A stretch of 51,845 nucleotides of DNA, from assembly GCA_964361015.1 (NCBI GenBank), contig CAYHZE010000001.1, positions 1 to 51,845 of the forward strand, written 5' to 3'. Under the pieces are notes generated by a model. The model did not search any database. It was not told where the DNA came from and worked only from the letters and a program-made list of their open reading frames with translations. This DNA is from an uncultured Candidatus Saccharibacteria bacterium (GTDB lineage Bacteria > Patescibacteriota > Minisyncoccia > Sungbacterales > HO2-52-23). Positions 36,144-45,060 of this stretch are shown piece by piece (positions within the stretch are counted from its first letter, which is position 1; the number at the start of each line of letters is the position of its first letter). The position numbers were made by a program, and so were the translations under genes.

Positions 36144-37436
36144 ATGTCAAGTTTTTCAAGTAATCATTTTATCGTCACCAATTTCGCCTATGGCACAGGT
36201 CCTTATTTGCGTACCACGGATTTGGCAATTGCGTTTAATGATGAGCTAGAAATTGCGGGATACAAACGCATGGGGATTATTGTGCCATGGGTGTATGGGG
36301 AGAAACAAAAGCGCGTGATGCTTGAAGAATTTAGCGAGCATGAAAAAAAATATCCGGGCGAAATTATGCTTGATAAAAAATTGGGAGAATTACTGTGCAG
36401 TATTTTTTATGCGGATTCAACATATGAAGAAGCGCTTAGCGCGTGGGTGAAGAATTATCGCGAGGTGTCACTGCACGCATATCAGCATCTTTCGTTTGAT
36501 GTTGAAGTGGAGACGTTTGGCGGCGAAAAGAGAATAATAGACGGGACAAAAATTGCGGTTGAATTAAGCCGATCGCCGAGATTGCGGTATAATGTTGCGC
36601 CGTCGTATGTTACGTCATTTGCCAATGTTGCCGATATTTTAGAACGCGCACAAGCAATCCCGGAAATCGCGGTTGATCATGAGCTTCTTAAACAGGGAGT
36701 AAAGGCGGCGGAGTGGGTGGAGAGAAATCAGAAAATGCGTTGCGTGGCATGGCCTGCGACATTTGGGTACTTATGTCCGAATTTCTCCGACTCTTGTCAT
36801 TCCCGCGAAAGCGGGAATCCAGACTATAACAAAGAAAAATTTGGATTCTCGCGACCTAAGTCGGGAATGACAGAAATGATAGGTGATATGAGTTGCGTTG
36901 ATAAAGGACGCTACTATGATGAAATTTTTGTTCCGCCGATCGCGCCCCCGCCGCAACCAAATAATGCAGAAATCGAAAAAGGAATTTTTGTAACCATCAC
37001 CGGTATTCCGGGATTAGAGCGATTGTATCAAGACGCTAAGCGGCTTGGGTTGAAATTATATAGTAATGATACGGATGCCGTGCCAGAAAGTATATACATG
37101 TCGCCGCATGTAATTCCAAATAAAAATATCATATGCCAGTTTGCCCGCGCGGGTTGGAGTTCAATTTGGATTTCAATGATAAGCGGGACGCCGCTTGTGG
37201 TGCCGGATTTTGATTCTCACGATGATCCAGAAATTTATTTTAATAACCGATCGGTAGAAGAGTTAGGTCTTGGCATTGTCTATCGCGGCCAACCGTTTGA
37301 AAAAATTCTTGAGCAAGTGCCGCGCATTAAAAAATCATCTGAGAATGTAAAAAAACAGATTCTTGATAAGTGGGGCACGATTGATGGAAATCGGCATTGC
37401 GCGAAGATGTTTGTTGATGATTTTTTAAAAAAATAA
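36144..37436 (+). CDS. GT-B-fold protein with a GT28/PseG-like C-terminal domain, carrying an in-frame repeat insertion
   Basis: C-terminal FARAGWSSIWISMISGTPLVVPDFDSHDDPEIYFNNRSVEELGLG resembles the MurG/PseG donor-binding region; residues CHSRESGNPDYNKEKFGFSRPKSGMT are encoded by a family-D palindrome. Confidence 0.5.
   Translation: MSSFSSNHFIVTNFAYGTGPYLRTTDLAIAFNDELEIAGYKRMGIIVPWVYGEKQKRVMLEEFSEHEKKYPGEIMLDKKLGELLCSIFYADSTYEEALSAWVKNYREVSLHAYQHLSFDVEVETFGGEKRIIDGTKIAVELSRSPRLRYNVAPSYVTSFANVADILERAQAIPEIAVDHELLKQGVKAAEWVERNQKMRCVAWPATFGYLCPNFSDSCHSRESGNPDYNKEKFGFSRPKSGMTEMIGDMSCVDKGRYYDEIFVPPIAPPPQPNNAEIEKGIFVTITGIPGLERLYQDAKRLGLKLYSNDTDAVPESIYMSPHVIPNKNIICQFARAGWSSIWISMISGTPLVVPDFDSHDDPEIYFNNRSVEELGLGIVYRGQPFEKILEQVPRIKKSSENVKKQILDKWGTIDGNRHCAKMFVDDFLKK
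36795..36872. repeat. Family D core inserted in frame within a CDS
   Basis: tgtcattcccgcgaaagcgggaatccag...ttggattctcgcgacctaagtcgggaatgaca; 78 bp = 26 codons; collinear with the core of D-b (46317..46396). Confidence 0.8.
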
Positions 37437-37549
37437 TGTAGCTGCTCGACAAGCTCGGGGACTAATTTTTTATAGAAGTTGGGAGTAACTTTTGCATATA
37501 TAAAGGAGTTATATTACATTGAAGCATATATTTCGTAGTCATACTTTTT

Positions 37550-38521
37550 ATGCCAAAAATCATTGTAGAAGTCTGTCAAAATCATAACGGCGACCGTTCT
37601 GTCTTAAAAGAAATGATTCATGCCGCGAAAGAAAACGGGGCGGATATTATCAAAGGGCAAATTATTTTTTCCGAAGATCTCACGCCACGCGAACGGTTTG
37701 ACGAGGGGCATGAGGAAACAAACGGCGTGCGCAAGACCATCAAGCGTCCGTATAGAGCGGAGCGCGAACGGCTCGCGAGTTTGGATTTGATGGAAGACGA
37801 TTATCGTTTTTTTGTTGATGAGGTGAATCGTGTCGGTGCGATTCCCATGATGACAGTATTTTCGCGCAATCGCGTACCATTGGCGGCAGGACTTCCATGG
37901 CAGGGCAAGACATTTGTAAAAGTCGCAAGTTATGATTGCGCGAGCGTGCCGCTTGTGTCTGACTTGGCACATCATTTTGACACATTGATTGTTTCTACCG
38001 GCGCTACATTTGACGAGGAGATTAAAAAAACTGCCGCTATGCTGAAAGAAAAAAATAAAAAGTTTGCGCTCCTGCATTGTGTCACGAGTTATCCCAACAC
38101 ACTTAGCATGGCAAACTTGAATCGCATGAATTGGTTGCGTCAGTTTACGCAAGAAGTGGGGTGGTCAGATCACACGCTCGTTGTTCGTGACGGCATTAAG
38201 GCGGCAAAAGTTGCCCTTATGCTTGGCGCAGATTATATTGAGCGGCACTTTACGATTCTTACTGCCGACAAAACCAAGGACGGACCCATATCAATTACTC
38301 CTGCATTACTTCGCGAGCTTGCTGATTTTGCAAAATTGCCGAAAGAAGAACAGAAAGTGATCGTGGCAAAAGAAATTCCGGAATGGGAAATCATGCTCGG
38401 TTCTTCACAGCGCGAGATGACGCATACGGAAATGCTTAACCGCGATTATTATCGCGGACGGTTTGCAAGTTTGGTGAACAATAATGCATGGGTGTATAAT
38501 TGGGAAGAAAAACAAATATAG
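37550..38521 (+). CDS. neuB: NeuB-family nonulosonic acid (sialic/pseudaminic/legionaminic) synthase
   Basis: IIVEVCQNHNGDRSVLKEMIHAAKENGADIIKGQ ... LLHCVTSYPN ... VGWSDHT ... ADYIERHFT. Confidence 0.8.
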   Translation: MPKIIVEVCQNHNGDRSVLKEMIHAAKENGADIIKGQIIFSEDLTPRERFDEGHEETNGVRKTIKRPYRAERERLASLDLMEDDYRFFVDEVNRVGAIPMMTVFSRNRVPLAAGLPWQGKTFVKVASYDCASVPLVSDLAHHFDTLIVSTGATFDEEIKKTAAMLKEKNKKFALLHCVTSYPNTLSMANLNRMNWLRQFTQEVGWSDHTLVVRDGIKAAKVALMLGADYIERHFTILTADKTKDGPISITPALLRELADFAKLPKEEQKVIVAKEIPEWEIMLGSSQREMTHTEMLNRDYYRGRFASLVNNNAWVYNWEEKQI

Positions 38522-38547
38522 GGGGGGGTTAGTTGTTTTTTAAAAGT

Positions 38548-38697
38548 GACTTACGCATTTTGGTTCCTCCCCTATTCTAGGGGAGGTTAGGAGGGGTATA
38601 GGTGAGGGATAGAACCTACGCTATATTGTTTTTTTCCTCACCCATACCTCCCCTAACCCCTCCTATACTAGGAGGGGAAAAGGAGATGCGTAAGTCC
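38548..38697 (+). repeat. Family A palindromic element, copy A5 (best preserved)
   Basis: Perfect termini gacttacgcat / atgcgtaagtc enclosing hairpin1, the long stem and hairpin2; 150 bp. Confidence 0.92.
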
Positions 38698-38742
38698 TCA
38701 AAAGGTCTTAAAGATTTTTTTGTATCACTTATCATATATATT

Positions 38743-39204
38743 ATGGATAAAAACGAGATACATAATCCTCATGTGAATGTCAGATTTTTTAAAGCCGAAG
38801 ATGTCGGTCCGCGCATTTGGGGCCGCGAGATTTTGGTGGCGCATGTTCCGGGTCTCTACACGGGAAAATTATTGTTAAGAAAAGCCGGTGATGTCAATTA
38901 TAGAAAAAGAAGCATGCAGTACCATCGCATCAAAAATGAATGTTCCTACCTTTATTCAGGCGAACTTTTGTTTTACTATGATTCCGGTGACGGGAAGGTC
39001 TCGGAGAAAAAATTGGTAGCTGGTGATTGCGTCCATATTCCGCCGGGCGCGGTGCACGGCGAAGAGGCGATAACTGATTGCGTGATTTTTGAGACCTCCA
39101 ATCCGGTGTTTAACGATCGGATGCGCGTGAACGAAACATATGGCTTGCCAAGTCCCGTAAACAGTCTCCCTTCGACAACGCTTGACGAGATAGAGATTAG
39201 ATAG
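38743..39204 (+). CDS. Cupin-domain protein
   Basis: GDCVHIPPGAVHGEEA. The ORF-track start at 38602 lies inside repeat A5; in-frame ATG 38743 is preferred. Confidence 0.6.
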   Translation: MDKNEIHNPHVNVRFFKAEDVGPRIWGREILVAHVPGLYTGKLLLRKAGDVNYRKRSMQYHRIKNECSYLYSGELLFYYDSGDGKVSEKKLVAGDCVHIPPGAVHGEEAITDCVIFETSNPVFNDRMRVNETYGLPSPVNSLPSTTLDEIEIR

Positions 39205-39216
39205 GATTTAGGATTA

Positions 39217-40647
39217 ATGAAAACGATCGTTATTCCCATAAGCACCAGTTTTACGATACGCAATGTGTTATATACGGACACATTGCGGATTTTATTAGCG
39301 GAACCGGATATACGAATCGTTTTTCTTGCCCCTCGCGAAAAAATTGATCACTATCGGAATCAATTTAAGCATGCGCATATCATATTTGAGGTAATGCCTG
39401 AACTCAAAAAGCTTCGTCAGGAGAGATTTTTTAGAGTTCTTGAAAGTTCAAGTATTCACAGTCGAACAGTATCCATGATTCATTGGTTTGATTTAAAAAG
39501 AAAAGGATCACGCATGAATATCATGAAGCGATTCCCTCTTTTTTTATTACGGAGATGCGCGTGGTGGGTCGGTCAATTTAAGGGGTGGCGTACGGCCATA
39601 AGGATGATATTTTATTCCATACCAAGTCGGATATTTCGTGAGATATTTGATACATATCATCCTGATCTCGTGTTCTGTCCAGCAATGGTTTACGGCGAGC
39701 CTGTTCTTTCCCGCGAAGCAAAAAAATACGGCATTACCACGGTAGGCATGATTTTGAGTTGGGATAATTTTTACAGTAAGACATTTTTAAGAGCTCCTCC
39801 GGATTGCTTGCTTGTTCATACCAATAGTATTAGAGATCAGGCAATAACATTTGCCGACTATCCAAGAGATCGCATTATAGTGATAGGCATCCCGCAGTAT
39901 GACAGTCATTTCCAAAGAACGCGCCTCAAATCCCGTAATGATTTTATTGGCAAAGAATTAGGCGGCAATCCGTCAAAAAAACTTTTGCTTTATGCAATGT
40001 CGGGGAAGAACGGATTATCTATTGAATTTGACATCCTTGATATTATTTATCAGGCAATACGGAATAAAGAGATTAAGGAAGACATTGATGTATTGGTCCG
40101 TCCTTATCCCCGTTATGACCTTCCCCAAAAAAAATTAGATATATTGAAGAAAGAATACGGCTTTTTGGCAAAGCAATCAATGATACATGTGGGAACAGGA
40201 GCTGATAATTGGGAATTCAATGAAGACTCTCTTGCGCTTCTTGAGAATAGTCTTATGCATGCTGATGTTGTGATAACCATGTTCTCCACATTTTTTATTG
40301 AAGCGGCTGTATACGATAAGCCGCTTATTGCGGTGGCGTTTGACGGGTACAAAACATATGATTATTATAATTCGGCCAGGCGTTTTTTTGATTGGGATCA
40401 CCTTGCGGAAATCAAGCCGCTCGGAGGCATACAAATCACAAGAAATAAAGAAGAATTGGTGCAGGCCATTAATACCTATATGGCCCATCCTCTTTTGCTT
40501 AAAGACGGCAGGCAACGTATTGTTCGGCAACAATGCGAATATATGGATGGGCGCGCGGGAGAAAGAGTTGCAAAGGCATTGCTTGATTCAATTTCTCGGT
40601 CTACCGACGAGAGGCAATCATTATGGAAAAGAACACGAAGAAAATAA
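39217..40647 (+). CDS. Uncharacterised GT-B-like transferase, TagF/KpsS-like (paralog 2 of 3)
   Basis: TTVGMILSWDNFYSKTF...IVIGIPQYDSHF; C-terminal ADVVITMFSTFFIEAAVYDKPLIAVAFDGY resembles the TagF donor domain. Confidence 0.45.
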   Translation: MKTIVIPISTSFTIRNVLYTDTLRILLAEPDIRIVFLAPREKIDHYRNQFKHAHIIFEVMPELKKLRQERFFRVLESSSIHSRTVSMIHWFDLKRKGSRMNIMKRFPLFLLRRCAWWVGQFKGWRTAIRMIFYSIPSRIFREIFDTYHPDLVFCPAMVYGEPVLSREAKKYGITTVGMILSWDNFYSKTFLRAPPDCLLVHTNSIRDQAITFADYPRDRIIVIGIPQYDSHFQRTRLKSRNDFIGKELGGNPSKKLLLYAMSGKNGLSIEFDILDIIYQAIRNKEIKEDIDVLVRPYPRYDLPQKKLDILKKEYGFLAKQSMIHVGTGADNWEFNEDSLALLENSLMHADVVITMFSTFFIEAAVYDKPLIAVAFDGYKTYDYYNSARRFFDWDHLAEIKPLGGIQITRNKEELVQAINTYMAHPLLLKDGRQRIVRQQCEYMDGRAGERVAKALLDSISRSTDERQSLWKRTRRK

Positions 40648-42002
40648 TAACAATTTTTCTCACCATTTTTGAGGGAATAGAATCAAAAAATATTCTCCGT
40701 ACTTCGATTTTGCCTACCCTCTTGTCATTGCCAAACAGCCGCCTTGTACTTCTTGTAAAAAATCAAGAAAGGTCTGATTATCTTATGCGTGAGTTCAATG
40801 ATCCTCGTCTCGCTTATGAGTGCGTGGATTTGTTGCAAGCCCGCGGACTTGATAAGTTTCTTGCTCGTTTGAAATTCATATTACTGCGCACGGAAACAAC
40901 TGATTTTCGCCGCAGAATGATGCGTCAGTTGAAACAGCAAGGGAAGGTGGCGTATTTTGCGGGAGTGGTTCTCAATTGGTTCATTGCGAGATCTCTCATA
41001 CGCCGCGTAGTTCGGTTTATAGATTTTACCTGTATAAGAAACTTCGCGTATGATTCTCTGTTTGATGCGTATCATCCCGATCTTGTTGTCATGGCAAATC
41101 TTTTTGATGAGCAGGAAATCCATCTTCTCCGCGGAGCAAAAAAACGAGGCATATCAACAGTCGGATTTATCAACTCATGGGATCGTTTAACGGCGCGTTG
41201 CATAATCCGTCTCCTTCCGGATACGTTCATTGTGTTTAATGATTTTTTAAAAAATGATCTTGTAAAATTTCATGATGCAGATCCGTCTCGCATTTTTGTT
41301 TCCGGCATTCCGCAATATGACGGCTATATCACAGATCCCCCATCCCGCAGAGAGGCATTCTTTTCATCAATTGGAGAACATGCGCGCAATCATCTCATTA
41401 TCTATTCGCCTCTGGGCGGCGGATTTCAAGATCTTGATTGGAGCATGATTGATTTGCTTTATGAATTGCGGCAAAAGGGAAGATTTGGAGATCATGCGGT
41501 ATTGCGCGTGCGCTTCCCTCCAAATGATTATTTTGATTATGAAGAAATCAATAAGCGTCCATTTCTCCGTTATGATTATCCCGGCGTCCGTTTTTCAAAG
41601 AAAAGAGGCGTTGATTGGGATATGTCGCCGCGTGAGCTCTCGCACTTGACAGATACCTTGCGCCATATGTCGCTTCTCATTTGTTACGGATCAAGTATGA
41701 GCGTGGATGCCGCACTGCTTGATAAGCCCGTCATCAATATAAATTTTGAACCGGTTACCTGTAAATCAACCGACCTTTCCGCGGTAAAGTTTTATGGAAT
41801 GACGCATTATAAAAAAGCGCTTGAGACGGGCGGAATTCGGCTTGTGAACAGTGAGAGAGAACTTATCAAGTGGGTTACCGCTTATTTGGAAAATCCCTCG
41901 CTTGATCACGACGGAAGGGCGCGGCTTGCGCGTGAACAATGCCAATTTTTAGATGGAAGATCCGGGGAAAGGATAGGGAAGTTTATTTTGAAACAATTAT
42001 AG
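40623..42002 (+). CDS. Uncharacterised GT-B-like transferase, TagF/KpsS-like (paralog 3 of 3)
   Basis: STVGFINSWDRLTARCI...FVSGIPQYDGYI; the C-terminus ...REQCQFLDGRSGERIGKF parallels ...RQQCEYMDGRAGERVAKA of paralog 2; 25 nt overlap with the upstream paralog. Confidence 0.45.
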   Translation: MEKNTKKIITIFLTIFEGIESKNILRTSILPTLLSLPNSRLVLLVKNQERSDYLMREFNDPRLAYECVDLLQARGLDKFLARLKFILLRTETTDFRRRMMRQLKQQGKVAYFAGVVLNWFIARSLIRRVVRFIDFTCIRNFAYDSLFDAYHPDLVVMANLFDEQEIHLLRGAKKRGISTVGFINSWDRLTARCIIRLLPDTFIVFNDFLKNDLVKFHDADPSRIFVSGIPQYDGYITDPPSRREAFFSSIGEHARNHLIIYSPLGGGFQDLDWSMIDLLYELRQKGRFGDHAVLRVRFPPNDYFDYEEINKRPFLRYDYPGVRFSKKRGVDWDMSPRELSHLTDTLRHMSLLICYGSSMSVDAALLDKPVININFEPVTCKSTDLSAVKFYGMTHYKKALETGGIRLVNSERELIKWVTAYLENPSLDHDGRARLAREQCQFLDGRSGERIGKFILKQL

Positions 42003-42003
42003 C

Positions 42004-42930
42004 ATGGCATTCTCAATTCAAGACAATTTTATAATCGCGAATTACCACTATGTGGAAAATTCTCGCCCCGATTTTTCCGGTATTCATCCTTGTTCAGTAC
42101 AGGAGTTTGAACGCCAAATTTCATTTTTTGCGGAGCATTTTAGTTTTGTTTCCGTACCTGAACTTTTTGCCGCCGCGCAACATAATGAGAATAAGAAATG
42201 CTGTGCCATTACGTTCGATGATGGTTTGAAAGATCAGTACGATAATGCGGCGCCTGTTCTTAAAAAATATAACGCAAGCGCGACATTTTTTATCATTACC
42301 GCAACGCTTCAAGGGCGCGTTCCTTTGGCGCATAAGATTCATACGGTTACGTCCCGTATCCCAATGAATGATCTACGGGAGAAATTCAATTTATTTTTGG
42401 CATCGGATTTCCCTGATTTCACAGAATATCTTATTCCAAAAGATCGTCGTCTGACGGATAAGCGCCGTTATGACGATATTATTTCGGCCAACGTAAAGGA
42501 GGCATTTACCATTATACCCCGTAAGGTATCAGATGCTTTTCTTGCCAAATGTTTAGGTGAACTTAAGTTTGATGAGTGGGAATTAGCAAAAAAACTTTTT
42601 ATGAGCTTACAAGAAATACAAACGTTGGATAAGGACGGATTTTTCATTGAGAGCCATACGCATAATCATTATGACTTAAGCGGCGCGAATTTGAATGTCC
42701 AGCGTGATGATTTTGATGCGGCAGAAAAAGTATTTAAAAAAATGGTAGGCAGATCTCCGAAGATAATGGCATATCCGTATGGACGCCCGCCGGAGACAGA
42801 TGAGGTTCTGCATGAATATGGTTTTAGGCATGCGGTGACTGTTGAGTCGCGAGTTGTCAGCGACGCCGATAATCCTTTGCGCATTCCTCGTTTTGATACG
42901 AACGATATAAAAATATTTTTGGATACCTAA
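42004..42930 (+). CDS. Polysaccharide deacetylase (NodB homology domain)
   Basis: CAITFDDGLKDQYDNAAPVLKKYNASATFFI; ESHTHNH. Confidence 0.8.
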   Translation: MAFSIQDNFIIANYHYVENSRPDFSGIHPCSVQEFERQISFFAEHFSFVSVPELFAAAQHNENKKCCAITFDDGLKDQYDNAAPVLKKYNASATFFIITATLQGRVPLAHKIHTVTSRIPMNDLREKFNLFLASDFPDFTEYLIPKDRRLTDKRRYDDIISANVKEAFTIIPRKVSDAFLAKCLGELKFDEWELAKKLFMSLQEIQTLDKDGFFIESHTHNHYDLSGANLNVQRDDFDAAEKVFKKMVGRSPKIMAYPYGRPPETDEVLHEYGFRHAVTVESRVVSDADNPLRIPRFDTNDIKIFLDT

Positions 42931-42934
42931 TGCT

Positions 42935-43345
42935 ATGAATATATCTCATGATGTTAGCGGAGGGGCGAAGTATAATGAAAAAAATCAGACTGCGTTGAGT
43001 ATAAAAGGCGTAGGAATTGATATAGAAGAAGTTGCCCGTTTTCGGGCATATAGTCCAGCCGCAAAAAAAAGTTTTTATAGCGCCATATTCACCCAAAAAG
43101 AAATGCAGTACTGTATGTCAAAAAAGGATCCATATCCGCACTTCACGGCTCGCTTTTGCGCGAAGGAGGCTGTCACAAAAGCTCTTCATGGGACACATGT
43201 TGATTTGAAACATATAGAAATCACCAATGATGCGCAAGGCCGCCCCAAAGTGAGTTTCAAAGAAAAAAATAATAATTATATGATTGAAATTTCCTTGTCC
43301 CATACGAAGCAACACGCAATAGCAATCGCATTATGGCTACGTTAG
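42935..43345 (+). CDS. acpS: Holo-ACP synthase (AcpS-type 4'-phosphopantetheinyl transferase)
   Basis: GVGIDIEEVARF ... FTQKEMQYC ... FCAKEAVTKAL ... ISLSHTKQHAIAIAL; the true start may lie downstream of 42935. Confidence 0.8.
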   Translation: MNISHDVSGGAKYNEKNQTALSIKGVGIDIEEVARFRAYSPAAKKSFYSAIFTQKEMQYCMSKKDPYPHFTARFCAKEAVTKALHGTHVDLKHIEITNDAQGRPKVSFKEKNNNYMIEISLSHTKQHAIAIALWLR

Positions 43346-43373
43346 ACAGTTTCTCAAAAATTTGATATAACCT

Positions 43374-44138
43374 ATGTATATGAAAAAATATCATACAGCA
43401 TTTAGCGGACTTCATTCGGATATTGAAAAGAATTTACAGCAGGGTTTGCTTAGTCTTTTAAAAGAATCTCCAATCCCTGATACGGAATTCATTGCCAATC
43501 TGCCTCTTTTTTTGCGGCGCCAGGATATAGCGCGGATTTTATTTATGGATTACTTATATAGGGAAATGATCGGAGTCCATGGGGTGATCGCCGAATTCGG
43601 TATTAGGTGGGGGAGAAATCTTCCCCTTTTGGAATCACTGCGCGGTATTTACGAGCCTTACAATTATAATCGTAAAATTTTAGGATTTGATACATTTCAA
43701 GGATTTCCCAATACTTCGGAAAAAGACGGAAAAGCAAAAATTATCGCTACCGGGACGCTTGCGGTGAGTGACGGGTATGATGCTTATTTAGGGCGCATTA
43801 TGGATCATCATGAAAGCGGGAATCCGGTTTCTCATATTAAAAAATATGAGCTGGTAAAAGGAGACGCAAGTATAAGCATAAAAAAATATCTTAAGGATCA
43901 CCCGGAGACCATCTTTGCGTTCGCATATTTTGATTTTGATTTATATGAACCGACAAAAAACGTGCTGAAAGCAATTAAGGGACATCTGACCAAAGGGAGC
44001 GTGATTGCATTTGACGAAGTAAATCATAAAGATTTTCCCGGCGAGACGCTCGCATTAAAAGAAGTCTTGGGCCTTGATACTTATCATTTGTGCCATAATC
44101 CTTATGGATCGGCGCAATCATATTTGGTTATTGAATAG
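43374..44138 (+). CDS. TylF/MycF-like (macrocin-O-methyltransferase family) methyltransferase
   Basis: VIAEFGIRWGRNL...GFDTFQGFP...FAYFDFDLYEPTK...GSVIAFDE; the stop TAG overlaps the first bases of repeat B5. Confidence 0.6.
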   Translation: MYMKKYHTAFSGLHSDIEKNLQQGLLSLLKESPIPDTEFIANLPLFLRRQDIARILFMDYLYREMIGVHGVIAEFGIRWGRNLPLLESLRGIYEPYNYNRKILGFDTFQGFPNTSEKDGKAKIIATGTLAVSDGYDAYLGRIMDHHESGNPVSHIKKYELVKGDASISIKKYLKDHPETIFAFAYFDFDLYEPTKNVLKAIKGHLTKGSVIAFDEVNHKDFPGETLALKEVLGLDTYHLCHNPYGSAQSYLVIE

Positions 44139-44295
44139 ACCTACTGCGTAATTATTTTTGTAGCGAAATTTTCAGATTTCGAGCGAGGCGCAGGAAAAAT
44201 TTTGAAGCATATACAGCGTATATGTTGAAAAATTTTTACAAAGCCGTAGCCGAAATCTGGAAATTGCAGCACAAAAATAATTACGCAGTAGGTCT
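44137..44295 (+). repeat. Family B palindromic element, copy B5
   Basis: Perfect 25-bp arms agacctactgcgtaattatttttgt / acaaaaataattacgcagtaggtct; TA flanks. Confidence 0.92.
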
Positions 44296-44306
44296 ATTAA
44301 CATCAA

Positions 44307-45056
44307 ATGAGAAAAGGGGATTTAGTGCAGGATGTATCTTTTTTTGGTTGTACATACGCGCGGATTTTATCCAGATGCGTAACCCGTGAGGAGGCGGAAG
44401 GTTTGAAGAAAAAATATCATTATATTCATCTTTATTCCTTTGAAAAGGAAAACCTGCCTCTTGATTTTGACGTTCTAATACAAAGAACGCTTATTTTTGA
44501 TTTGTCGAAGGATTTAGAAGAGATTTTTAAAAATTTTAATGATACATGTAAAAAACACATACGACGCGGAGAAAGAGATGCCGATGTAACATTGGTTGCG
44601 CTAGATGATAATTTTACTGCGTCGTACGCGCTGTACGCAAAAGTCAAACGTCAGGAAGGGGCGCGTCCGGATATCAAAAAAGAATTCAAAAATTGCATTT
44701 TTTTTAACGCTTATTTCAAGGGTGAAATGATCGTGACCATGTCTTTTTATGATAACGGTGAAATCATAAGAGCAAAGCATATCGCATCGTTAAGAAAAGA
44801 AAAAGGGGAATATGCAAAAATTATCGCTCATGCTTCACGGCGCCTTAATTGGGAAGTTATGAAGTGGGGGAAGGCGCAGGGAAGAAAAGTGTTTGATATC
44901 GGCGGTATTACGGATGATCCGTCAAAAAAAGGCATCAGAGAATTCAAACAATCTTTCGGCGGCGCTGACGCGGATGTTTATATATATCGTTATACCACTT
45001 TTACTTTTGTTTTCTTAAAAAAGATATTACATCTGTTTGGAAAAAATATAAATTGA
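44307..45056 (+). CDS. FemAB-like / GNAT-fold acyl- or aminoacyl-transferase
   Basis: KKHIRRGERD...; ...IIAHASRRLNWEVMKWGKAQGRKVFDIGGI...GIREFKQSFGG resembles the C-terminal half of the FemAB family. Confidence 0.45.
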   Translation: MRKGDLVQDVSFFGCTYARILSRCVTREEAEGLKKKYHYIHLYSFEKENLPLDFDVLIQRTLIFDLSKDLEEIFKNFNDTCKKHIRRGERDADVTLVALDDNFTASYALYAKVKRQEGARPDIKKEFKNCIFFNAYFKGEMIVTMSFYDNGEIIRAKHIASLRKEKGEYAKIIAHASRRLNWEVMKWGKAQGRKVFDIGGITDDPSKKGIREFKQSFGGADADVYIYRYTTFTFVFLKKILHLFGKNIN

Positions 45057-45060
45057 TGGA

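Noticed and set aside
36138-36146. TATATA/TATAAT box overlapping the ATG of 36144 as evidence for a leaderless gene or a wrong start
   Set aside because: This is an AT-rich spacer, no alternative in-frame start lies nearby, and it cannot be resolved from the sequence alone.
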